DNA of 61,359 bases, the filler included. It is 7 parts of 7 records of this genome, joined end to end, with 100 filler letters (N's around TTAATTAATTAA, not from the genome) between each part and the next. Parts side by side here need not be neighbours in the genome. Positions count along the whole stretch, not along the records: positions 20,885 to 33,188 come from SRR7504441_988; 6 more parts are not named here. One strand, 5' to 3'. The translations under genes and the position numbers were made by a program. The notes beneath the pieces are model-generated. The model did not search any database and was not told the origin of the DNA. It saw only the letters and a list, made by a program, of their open reading frames with translations. Every line of letters starts with the position of its first letter. Within the stretch, counting starts at the first letter, position 1. Below are positions 23,644 to 33,288 of this stretch, one piece after another.

Positions 23644-23889
23644 ATGAATATTCCCAAAGATAACCACGTCGTGGACTGCAGGGGTCCCCGCGCCGGCTCG
23701 TGACGTACTCGTAGCTCGAGTGCTCACTCCGCCTCGGGGACAAGCTAAACCGGGCATGCCAATGAAATGACATGAGTCGCCAGTGGTAATTTCAACAAGG
23801 TTTAATTGAGTTTAATAACGTTTGGTCACCGGTAATTACTCGTACAGGTAATATTGCGGCCAAGCGCGCAAGCTAGACGCAAGGCCCCG

Positions 23890-26750
23890 TCACTCTTCCT
23901 CGTTGGGCGGGCCTGGCTCGGCATCCTCGAAATTTGCTTGCTCCGGCTCGGCGCTCGCCGGCTCGACTTCCTCGCCAATGTTCTGGGCGGCTGTCACGTC
24001 GGATCCGAGCTCCTGGGCATAGTCCGCCCGGAGCTGCATCGCACGAGAGTCGACCTCAATCCTGTACTGAACATCCCGCAGCTCCTTCTCCAGCTGCTCC
24101 GTATTGGTCTGCAACCAGCACATGAATCACCAGCCTCCGGCCAGGGCTCACCTTAAGCTGCTCTTCCAGTAGCTTCTTCTCCTCGGAGGCCGCCTCCCTG
24201 GCGGCTGTATGCTTCTCCAGAACAGCATCCACCGTCTCCTTCTCAGCCGCCACAACCTTGGCACAAGCTTGCAGCAGGGCAAACTTGCACTTCTGCTCAG
24301 GTGAGCCTGCCCATCCTTGTGAGCCAGCCGCTGCTGCACAGCCGCACCCTCGAGCTCGAGCAGCTGCTGCTTAGCCGCAACGCGCGCCTCCTCCTTGGCA
24401 TTCAGCACCTGCCCGCCCCCACTCAGCGCCCGAGTAGTGACGGTCTCGCACCTGCTGCTCGTCGTCAATCTGCTCCGCAATGTCTTCCGCCCGGCCCTTG
24501 GACACAAGATTGTGGTTGCTTAGCGCGTTCTGCTTAACCATCAGCTCCTGCCGCACTCGAGTCAGGCAATGCCCAGTATATAGCGGTGAGTGCCTGTGAG
24601 TTCTTGACCATCTCTTGATCTAGCTTCTTGATCCGCTCACCAACCGACTTAGTCTCCTCGAGCAGGATGTCCAGGCAGGCCTGCTTCTGCTGCTTCTGGG
24701 TGGTCTGACTCCTCAGCTGCTCCTCTGACAGCTCGAGCTCTGTCTTAACCTACCAGCCCCGCTTGCCGCCCGATCTGCTGATTGTCCGGAATACCTTTGC
24801 GGAGTACTCGTCCGTCCGAGCGGAAGTGGTCACTTGGGCGTTCATAGCCGACCGGATGTTCTTGAGCTGCTCCACGAATTCAGACTCCGCCTTCTGCATA
24901 CTCTGCAGCAGCGTGTCGCGCTGCTCGGTCGCCTTCGCCACCTCCTGCTGCTCCACATCGTTCTGCCCCTGTGGCCCGTCAGCCCCTGCTAGCTACACAA
25001 GGGCCACCCTGGTCCGACTCAACTCACTGTCGAGCAGCTCGATCAGTTTACCGCTCCCGTCACCGGATGCAGTGTTCCTTAGTGCCGATACCCCCATCTC
25101 ATGGCTCGACCGAAGCTGTGCCATCTCCTCCTGAGCACCCAGCGCAGCCTCCGCCTGCACGACAGCCTCAACGCCCACCACGGCTTGGGCCAGACCTCGT
25201 GCAGCCGGCCCCGGAGCTCAGACTGTACCCGGTCGTTCTGCTCGATCACCTCCTTCTCCTGGGCCTCGAGATTGTCTATCTTTAGTCGGTCAGACTCTCT
25301 GGTCTGGGCGAGCTCCATCGAGTCTTTAACCATGTTTTGGTGGAAGGCCGATATGTTAACCGCCTCTGCCTCGTTTTCCTCGATCGCTGCCTGGAGCTCC
25401 TCGATCTGCCCAGCGAGTCAGCCTGTCACACACAATGCGACGCACGTCGGCAGCGAGCGACTCCTTCATCGCAGTCAGGTGCTCTTTCAGCTTCGAGTTG
25501 GCTGCGCCGCGCCTGCGCCAACCCGTCACCGCAGCCGGTCCCTCTGCACCGCACCGCTCGGCCGCATCGATCTCCACTTGGACGTCCAGCCCCGCCTGCT
25601 TGTCCTCCTTGGCCTGGTCCTCCTGCTGGCACTTAAGCTCCTTCAGGCTCTCCCTGATCCGAACTATATTCTTCTCCACGTCCGCCAGCTCAGACTCGAG
25701 CCGTCCTGTCGGCCTGTGCATACGCCGCTTCTCCTGCTCGAACTCGGTGGCAAAGTCCGACGAGACGCCCGAGAGCTTCAACACATACGTCTGCACGCAG
25801 TTGCAAAGCTCTGTCTGGGCCGACACGCCGCTGTCCGCTTCCACAATCTTCTTTGACAGTTCCGTCGAGACCTGCCTCGCCGCTCAGACCCACGGAGCGT
25901 GCGTGCCCGGCACCTCGGTCAGCTTGCTGTCTATCTCGGTGCGCTTCGTCTCCATCGCCGATAGACCTTTGGCCTGGTCACTCAGCACCCCGCTCACGTT
26001 GACCAGCTTGGCCGCCCCAAGCTTGCCCGCCTCGGCCATCGCCTGCCGCCGCAGCGACGAGATCATCTGGCCGTCCCCGGTGCTGCTCAGCTCTGAAGGC
26101 GTCAGGCCTGACTCAAACGACTCGATGACTGCAGAATCCGGGTACAGCTGCTGGCCCTTGGCCAGGAAGGTGTCGACAGGGTCGCTGGAGGCGACCGTGT
26201 CGTTCTCCAGCAGCGCCTGCAAGTAGTCGTTCAGGCCGAGCATTCGCTCCCGCACGACTGCCGCGTCCGTGGAGGACCCGAACAGCTTTTTCCCCGGCAG
26301 CTTGGCTTGGGTGTGCGGCCCGACTATCTTGTGCAGGGTCTCGAACTCAGAGTAGCGTTTGTGTACCGTCCAGCTCGACGACTTGTTGGACATGCCGATT
26401 CTGAACACTGTGAACCGGTTGTTTTTAATCGACACGTTCATCGCGCCGGCTATCCCGGCCTGCAGCCCGGCCTTGTGCCCCTTGAGCACCCGGGAGAGCA
26501 CGAACCGGGTGGCCAGGTGTTTGGGCTGAGCCTTGAGGTAGGTCATCATGTCCTCGTGCGACTGGTTGGGGCAATCGTTGATCTTCTCGATCACGTCCCC
26601 CTTGCACACGCCGGCCCGGTCGGCGTTCTTATCCGGGACCACGTCCTTGATCACGCACCGGCCGTTCCGCTGGCTGAATCCGATCCCAAAGGGCCGCATC
26701 AGCGACACCTCCACAAGCTCCTTGGCCGCCGCTGTGCCGTCGTCCGTCAT
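23890..26750 (-). CDS. PDZ + PX domain protein with a long C-terminal coiled coil (sorting-nexin-like); ~10 short introns
   Basis: PDZ: RPFGIGF..VIKDVVPDKNADRAGVCKGDVIEKIND. PX: FTVFRI..WTVHKRYSEFETLHK..LPGKKLFG..VVRERMLGLNDYLQALL. The downstream coiled-coil ORF pieces join via ~39-50-nt introns. Confidence 0.8.
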
Positions 26751-26855
26751 GGCAGTACACTGCTACCGACGCTCGCGTGTCGCAGGTGCGCTGGGCGTGG
26801 GCAGATGTAACCTAACGGAAAAACAGACCCAGGGGGTGTCACCAGTCCGTGCAGC

Positions 26856-27899
26856 ATGGTCGGCCTGCGGCGGGGTCCTGCATGGGCTGTGCTCCTGCTC
26901 CTGCTCGCCCTGCGTCCCTGCAGCGCAATGCCAGCCAGTTCTGGTGTTGCAATCGATTGGAGCCGGACGCTCGCTGTGACACAGACAGTGCCCACCTGCC
27001 AAGTGGTGGTCGAGCCCCCGCTGTGGCCAACCTCGGACGTGCGTGAGACACAGCTGCACTGGCTCGCCGAGCTCGGGCCCGAGGCGTCCCCCGTCTTCTG
27101 GCAGAGCTGGTTCATCTATCCCAAAACAGGGGTCGCTGAGCTGTCCCCGGGTAACTGGGACTTTGACCAGATCACCCCGCTACTCCAGGACATGCTCCGC
27201 GCCACCCGAGGGAGAGAGCTAGTCTTCCAGTTCGGCACCGTGCCCAGCTGGCTCCAAAACGGGCCCACGGGACTACGGCGCTGGGACTACGGCGTCCAGG
27301 CGTGGAATGCCACGCAGACGTGGGGGTACAACTATCTGCCGGGCCCACCGGATAGCTATTCAAACCCGATCTTCCGAAACCTGAGCCAAGTCGGGGAATA
27401 CTATGCCAATTTGATCTCGTACTACACGGCTGGCGGCTTCACCGATGCCAAAACCGGCAAGCGCTACAACGGCTTCCGCTACAACATCCCCTGGTTCGAG
27501 TTTGGTAATGAAATGGAATACAAGCAGACGCCGGCGGTCTTTACGCAGCAGCACGACGTGGTGGCGGCTGCCGTTGCGAAGGTCGCCCCGGGCATGAAAT
27601 TCCTCGGGCTCGGGCTCGGCCAGAACTACTACTCGAAAACCAACTTGTCCTACTTTGATTATTTCCTGGACTCCTCCAACCACGCTCCCGGCGCCCCCCG
27701 CCTGCTGCTGCTGGTGAACAAGCGTATGGAGCCCTCGAGCCCAATTGTTATCGGGGAGGATTGGGGCTGTGTAGAGAGTATTGACGGGAAGAGCCCGTGG
27801 GCGGCGCCGACCCGCACAGCACCGCCGGCTGCCGGGGCTGTGACGCTAGGATCATTTGGGGTGGCCATCCTCTCCGAAGCGCCGTGCGAAGCGCTGTAG
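26856..27899 (+). CDS. Secreted GH39-like (clan GH-A) glycoside hydrolase, apparently lacking the second half of the barrel
   Basis: Signal peptide; VAIDWSRTLAVTQTVPTCQVVVEPPL, YPKTGVAEL, WDFDQITP, FGTVPSW, YYANLISYYTAGGFTD, WFEFGNE (acid/base NE), MKFLGLGL, YFLDSSNHAPGAP followed directly by LLLVNKR. Confidence 0.65.
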   Translation: MVGLRRGPAWAVLLLLLALRPCSAMPASSGVAIDWSRTLAVTQTVPTCQVVVEPPLWPTSDVRETQLHWLAELGPEASPVFWQSWFIYPKTGVAELSPGNWDFDQITPLLQDMLRATRGRELVFQFGTVPSWLQNGPTGLRRWDYGVQAWNATQTWGYNYLPGPPDSYSNPIFRNLSQVGEYYANLISYYTAGGFTDAKTGKRYNGFRYNIPWFEFGNEMEYKQTPAVFTQQHDVVAAAVAKVAPGMKFLGLGLGQNYYSKTNLSYFDYFLDSSNHAPGAPRLLLLVNKRMEPSSPIVIGEDWGCVESIDGKSPWAAPTRTAPPAAGAVTLGSFGVAILSEAPCEAL

Positions 27900-28153
27900 G
27901 GTTAACCAGATGTACGAGTACGAGTACGAGCACTGTACGTACGGCAACTAGTAGTGTTCATACGTACCAAGTGCTCATATGTAGTACGTATACGCAGTAC
28001 GAGTGAACGATCGCGAGTACTTACACGGACCTCGAGGATTTAATATCTGTGATTTACAACAAGATTTAGATTAAAGTTATTCGGTCTACGATTAGTGCAA
28101 CTACTGCAGTGTGTGCCCCTGCGGAATGTATGCGGAATTATGCGGAATGCGGG

Positions 28154-28861
28154 TCATGCCGACCGGGTGGCCGAGTCATCGCCGTTTTTACTCGTATGCA
28201 GGAACTTCACCAGCTCTTTCTCGACCTGTAGCACCTTGGCCTCCCAGGTCTTCCTGCTCCGCTCCATCTCCATGATCAAACGCACCTCCCGGAACTGCCC
28301 GAGCGCCCCCTCCCAGCGGCACCAGCCCCACCACAGCCGGTCTCGCCGCCACACAGCCCATTGGCTATTCACCCACACCCCAAGCCGCCGACAGACCGCC
28401 CCACCCCGGCCGGCCGCGCCCCGCCAGCGCGCCACCACTGTCTGCAGCTGCTGCCGGCGCACCGCCACCCCGGACAGCGCCAGCAGCCCGACCATGCGCG
28501 CAGCGCACCCTGGCTCGGGCGAGCTGCGGCGCGGCTGGCGGAGCAGCCACTGGCCAAACTCTTCGAACCGCCCGTCCCCGCGCCCGGCGCTGAGCTGGGC
28601 GATGACTCCGGCCAGCGCCGGGAGGGTGGGGTACGGGGTCGGGACCAGCGGGGCCTGGGCTAGGTACTGGGCCAGGTCGGAGGCCCCGAGCTCAGCGGCG
28701 TACAGGTAGACTCGGAAGAGCCGGTGCAAGGCCGGGTGCTGCCGGAGCTCCGGCGGGGCGGTGGGGAGCTCGGCGATCGGGTCGAGCTGCTTGGGGCTCT
28801 CGGCCGGCCCCTTCTGCAGGCTGCTCCAAGGCTGGATCCGCTTCCACGGTGCCTGTCGCAT
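28154..28861 (-). CDS. Hypothetical protein (Trp-spaced helical segment, C-terminal coiled coil)
   Basis: Part of ORF 28154-29287; the ATG at 28861 avoids overlap with the + strand gene and gives a 93-bp divergent spacer. Confidence 0.4.
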   Translation of the reverse strand: MRQAPWKRIQPWSSLQKGPAESPKQLDPIAELPTAPPELRQHPALHRLFRVYLYAAELGASDLAQYLAQAPLVPTPYPTLPALAGVIAQLSAGRGDGRFEEFGQWLLRQPRRSSPEPGCAARMVGLLALSGVAVRRQQLQTVVARWRGAAGRGGAVCRRLGVWVNSQWAVWRRDRLWWGWCRWEGALGQFREVRLIMEMERSRKTWEAKVLQVEKELVKFLHTSKNGDDSATRSA

Positions 28862-28954
28862 AGCTACTTCATCCTCGTCTGTGACGCCATACTTGGTACT
28901 CGTCAACTTGAACTTGAAGAGTTCCTCCGCGGCCCTTCTCTCGGTGCGGTAGGG

Positions 28955-30620
28955 ATGGCTGCAGTTGGCTTCCTCAGGAACTGGCCCGAGTGGCTGGTGC
29001 CCGCGCCCGACCCGCAGCCCGGGCTCGAGCTCTTCTTCCCGCGCTCGGCCCTGCTGGACGACTCCGAGCACAGCCACTGGCGCCCGCGCCGCTGCTGCCC
29101 GGCCGAGGTCACCCTGGACCTCAAGGCAGCCCCCCCCCCCCTCTCTCCCAGCCAGCGGGGGGCAGGCGGTGGCCGAGCTGAGCCAGATGGCCCTCCAGGT
29201 CTCGTCCGCCGGCTCGCTGGACTGCAAGTGGGCCATCCGGTGCGCAGACCGGCTGGCCGCGGAGTTCGGCCAAACCAGCTGGCGCACCGTCCAGGCCGGC
29301 GATCAGCTGCCGCCTGATCCGACCGCTGCGGCGGGTGGCGAACCGGCAGCACTGAGCTGGCGGACGCTGCGGTGGGAGCCGCCGGTTGAGGCTAGGTTCT
29401 GGCAGCTGACCTTGGAGGCGGCGGGGGCTGGGCTGAGGGCCCACCAGCTCCAATTATTTGGACGGGTCACCGGCCCTGGGCCGCCTCTGGGCATCACGGG
29501 GCCTACTGGGCGGACACTCCCTAAGCTTCAAGATGAGCTGATCGAGATGATGATGGCGCCAGAGGGCCAGCCAGCCAGTGGCGAGTGGACCAGGGTATAC
29601 TGCCAGCTGCCCCGCAGCGCAATCGGCTGTGACGCCGAGCTGGTCCTGCTCGACAGCCCGGCGGCTGACGCCGAGACGAGGCTGCGGATGCCGCTGGAAG
29701 ATGCAGAGTGCGCCTGAGCGGGTGCCTGGCTGAAGGCCTGGCAGGTTCCGTCGATGCAATAATTGGTTCGGGCCTAGCTCAGTGCAGCTGACCAGCCGGA
29801 GCACACAGCAGAGTGTGCTGCTCAGGCCAGTGGTCAGGCCCAGACCCACCCCGCGCCCGGAGCCCGAACGTTCCACGCGAGAGACACCGGCCGCTGCGCC
29901 ACCTGAAACGTCTCCGGTGTCCGTGCTCTGGCAGCTAAGCGCCGAGGGGCTGGGCAGGCTGTGGGAGCCGTTCAGTCGGACCAATCCCCGCGGCACGCCC
30001 GCGAGAACCTGCACTGCAGTCTACTCAAGGCTGGCCGCGGGGTGGCTCGAACGTGAGGTGGCTGCAGGTGGTCCAACGGCAATCGCGGCAGCTCACCGGG
30101 TCGAAGTGGGGCCCCCCGCAAGCGCACTGGCGGGTGCCGAGTTGGACCAACGACTTGAACCAGGAAGTGGCGCCGGACAATGCGCAGACCCCGGATAGAG
30201 TTGTGTGCAGCTCGGTGCACACTGCTCCTGCTTGGGCGTTACCGGCGGAGCAGGACCGACAGTGGGTTGGGGAGTGGCAGTGTGGGCAGTGGGAGTACGC
30301 AGAGGAGTTTAGCAAGCCGCCGTCCAAGTGGTCGCCCAGCAACACGTTCTGGACACGGGTCCGCCGTCGGCACTGGACCAGGAACACGATGCCCCGGGAG
30401 GATTTCGATAGCGAGAGCGAGAGTGGAGAGCTGCCTGAGGTATTGGAGGTGCTTGCCGATGCGCTGACTAGCGGGGCAGCACGGGATGATGCCTGTGTCG
30501 CTTAGCCCGAGGACCCCACAGGCCCGGCTGCCAGCGCAGCGTGACTGCCGTGGGTGTGTTAGTGGCTGCACGGTAGGTGGCTCGATCGGCGTGTGCTAAG
30601 CCTAAGTGCAGGTGAGTTGA
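28955..30620 (+). CDS. Multi-exon protein: discoidin/F5-8C-like domain, PH-like segment, dysferlin (DysF) domain, C-terminal CaaX (CTVS)
   Basis: LLDDSEHSHWRP..EVTLDLK|AVAELSQMALQ..WRTV..PPVEARFWQLTLE..HQLQLFG (discoidin-like); QWVGEWQCGQWEYAEEF..W..TRVRRRHWTR (DysF); final GTAGGT...CTAAG..GCAG intron gives ...DCRGCVSGCT|VS*. Middle exons are not fully resolved. Confidence 0.6.
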
Positions 30621-30793
30621 TGGTAAGCAAGCTTATAAATGGCTATATCATGGCCTATTTATGCGGCTCGAGGACTCATTGTCGGGGACCGAGAGGTAGT
30701 CAGCGCTAGTTTAGAATTAAAATTACATGTAATGATCACTAATACCTGTTGACTACGGTACATTTAAGTACAACTAAAGACCAGACCTCGGTG

Positions 30794-32009
30794 CTATGAC
30801 GAGGTTAGCGCGTCATACAGCCTCCTCTTAGTGTCGCTCGCCGCCTTGCGGCTCCGTGGGCTCCCGCCTGTTCTAATACTATTCCTCTCACGCGCCTACC
30901 CCCTTGGATCAGCCCAGTCCCGGCCCAGGCAGGCACCCGCATTGTCTCCTTGAAGATCTGCTTTATCTTGGCCTCGTCGCTGGCCTCCGCAAACCTCGGG
31001 AACGCCTCCGGTGGCCTAAACCTGCCACACGCTGAGCCACTGGCTCAGCTCAAGCCATGCCTGCCAGATCGCGTGTGCTTCTCGATTACCTCCGACATGC
31101 CCTTGTACTTGCCGCACGCGGTCCAGTTGTATCCCTCCCGCAGGCACTCGGATCGCCACTGCTTCCGCCCGTCCGGCTTTGCAAGCACAGTAACTCTAGG
31201 CTGGGAGAGGGGATCGTTCTGCATGCTAGCGTATCGTATAGGGTACCTGCCCATAGGTCAGCCGACCAGTCGCTGTGTCGACGCACCGGTCATCTTTAAT
31301 CCTCTCGGCCATCGGGCACAGCTTGCCATTCTCAGCCATGTAGGGCTCTGGGTCATACTGCTCTGTCCTGATTGATACCTGCACTGTCGACTCAGCTGCA
31401 GCCAGCCCCCCTCGCACCGTCGGCGACGACTGCTTCACTGTCCGCGACGGCGCCGAAAACCCCGGGTGGCTCAACTCGCGCGTCTCGGGCCGCAGAATCG
31501 GCGGGGCCTTTGGAGAGCGCACTAGGGACACCGGCTTGGCAGAAACCTCTCGCTCGCGCGCCGGCGGGGGTTCCAACAGCTCTGGCGAACTCTCCTCCAC
31601 CGGGGGCGCCTCCACCGGCGGCGGCTCGTCGCTCTCTCCGGGCCCCACCCACCTGCCGCGAGCGTGGGCGGGCCGGCCGGGCAGGGCACGTACAGGTAGA
31701 TTCCGCCGCCCCGTCGCTGCAGGTCGATCTTTGTGTCGGTGAGGAAACAGTTGACCGCTGGGTTACCGTCCCTGGCCAGCCGGGTCAGCCGCTGGCCGCT
31801 GGGCCGGGCGCCTGCCGTCCAGCTGCGACACCACGAAGCCCTGCAGCGACTGGGAGGGCAGCTCGAGCTTATCTGCGATCTGGGCGAGGGGTCAGCGGCG
31901 GCCGGAGGGGGCAGCGAGCCTGCTTGTAGAGCTCGCGGTAGGTGCAATCATTGTCTACGCTGAGCAGGAACTTCTTGCCCCCTAGCTCGGTGAGCAGTTG
32001 CAGCAGCAT
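30794..32009 (-). CDS. Hypothetical protein with a ubiquitin-like N-terminal domain and Pro/Glu-rich linker; ~7 introns, three GC-AG
   Basis: MLLQLLTELGGKKFLLSVDNDCTYRELYKQ|IADKLELPSQSL (beta-grasp-like pattern). The frame is continuous only after removing introns at 31880-31919, 31772-31811 and 31022-31060 (GC-AG) plus four GT-AG introns. Confidence 0.65.
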
Positions 32010-32124
32010 TGTCGCGACAAAAACGGCGAGTCGCCCCTCTGGCCTGACCCTGCTGGCCCTGGTGCAGCCGCCAACGGCGAAAACGGCACCAGGGGCTGCG
32101 TTGGGCCTTGCGTTGGGACAGGGG

Positions 32125-33036
32125 ATGGGTCGGGGGGGCTCGTACACGCGGTACAAGTACGACAACTGGATCGAGTTTGAGACTGGCACCGGCTGCCCGG
32201 ACTTCCCATGCGCGTGCAGCTACGTCGGCTGCCACCGGCTTCACGTCGGCTGCTGCGCGGCCACCTTCACCTGCATGCAGAAGGGTTGCACCTGCATGGC
32301 GTGCAACATGGAACACGACTGCTGCATCAAATGCAACCAGTGGGGAGGGTTCGTCCACCGGCCGCTCTTCTGCCTGCTCGGCGGGCTGTGTGGCGCGCTG
32401 CTCGATGCCACCGTTAACCTCGGCTACCTAGCGCTCTTCGGCTGCTTCTGGTGCCCTACCAGTCCCACCGCTCGCAGCTCCTGCGGCTTCCTGGGCTGCT
32501 TCCCGTCGGTGCGCGGCTCGCCCACCGGCGTAGGCCTGACCGGACGGCTGCAGCAATACCAGGCCCAGTTTCGCAAGGTGGGCCAGGAGTGCGAGGACTA
32601 CACCGAGAAGGTTTATGTTAAGGACTACCTCACCGACGCGCTGGGCAACAAGATCCAGCGCGGCGGGCACTACGAGGACAGGACCAGGACACGCGTGCTG
32701 CGCTCCTGGGATGAGGACGAGATCGAGGGCCGCGACTGGGCGATCAACAGCTGCAGTACCTGCCTGCATGCGGCGTTTTGCGTGTACTCGGTGGAGGGCA
32801 GGGCGAAGACCTTACCGTTCTGCTGCTTCGAGCCCGAGCCCTGCCGGCTGACCGAAGTCCCTGATGCCCAAGAGCCACAGGCGCGCCATGACAACCCGGT
32901 TCAAGACTTGCAACCAAGCTTGGACGAGCAGCAGGCCCCGCAGCCGGCGTCGACAGGAGGCGGGGAGGTGACTCTGTCTGCTAGTGCGATACACGCGCCG
33001 CCGCCGCCGCCCCGGGACCACGCGGTGCCGCACTAG
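32125..33036 (+). CDS. Cysteine-rich, probably membrane-associated hypothetical protein
   Basis: ATG 32125 (MGRGGS...); dense C, CC and CxxC motifs; hydrophobic LFCLLGGLCGALLDATVNLGYLALFGCFWC; Pro-rich tail; strong GC3 coding bias. Confidence 0.7.
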   Translation: MGRGGSYTRYKYDNWIEFETGTGCPDFPCACSYVGCHRLHVGCCAATFTCMQKGCTCMACNMEHDCCIKCNQWGGFVHRPLFCLLGGLCGALLDATVNLGYLALFGCFWCPTSPTARSSCGFLGCFPSVRGSPTGVGLTGRLQQYQAQFRKVGQECEDYTEKVYVKDYLTDALGNKIQRGGHYEDRTRTRVLRSWDEDEIEGRDWAINSCSTCLHAAFCVYSVEGRAKTLPFCCFEPEPCRLTEVPDAQEPQARHDNPVQDLQPSLDEQQAPQPASTGGGEVTLSASAIHAPPPPPRDHAVPH

Positions 33037-33188
33037 CACATTTAGGTCACAATAGTACGGCTACAGTGTATATTTTACATGCAAGTGCAAGTACACGTTA
33101 TAGTGCCTTCCGTGAGTACCCAAGTAACCTCGTAACCTATTGGATCCCCGTCGCCTCCGTCAACGCCGCCGCTATCTCGGAGTGGCCC

Positions 33189-33288
33189 NNNNNNNNNNNN
33201 NNNNNNNNNNNNNNNNNNNNNNNNNNNNNNNNTTAATTAATTAANNNNNNNNNNNNNNNNNNNNNNNNNNNNNNNNNNNNNNNNNNNN
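33189..33288. other. Artificial contig spacer
   Basis: N44-TTAATTAATTAA-N44. Confidence 0.99.

Noticed and set aside
27911-28020. GTACGA repeats as a CRISPR array or telomere
   Set aside because: Only about three 6-bp units with no spacer structure, lying in an ordinary GTAC-rich convergent 3' spacer of a eukaryotic contig.
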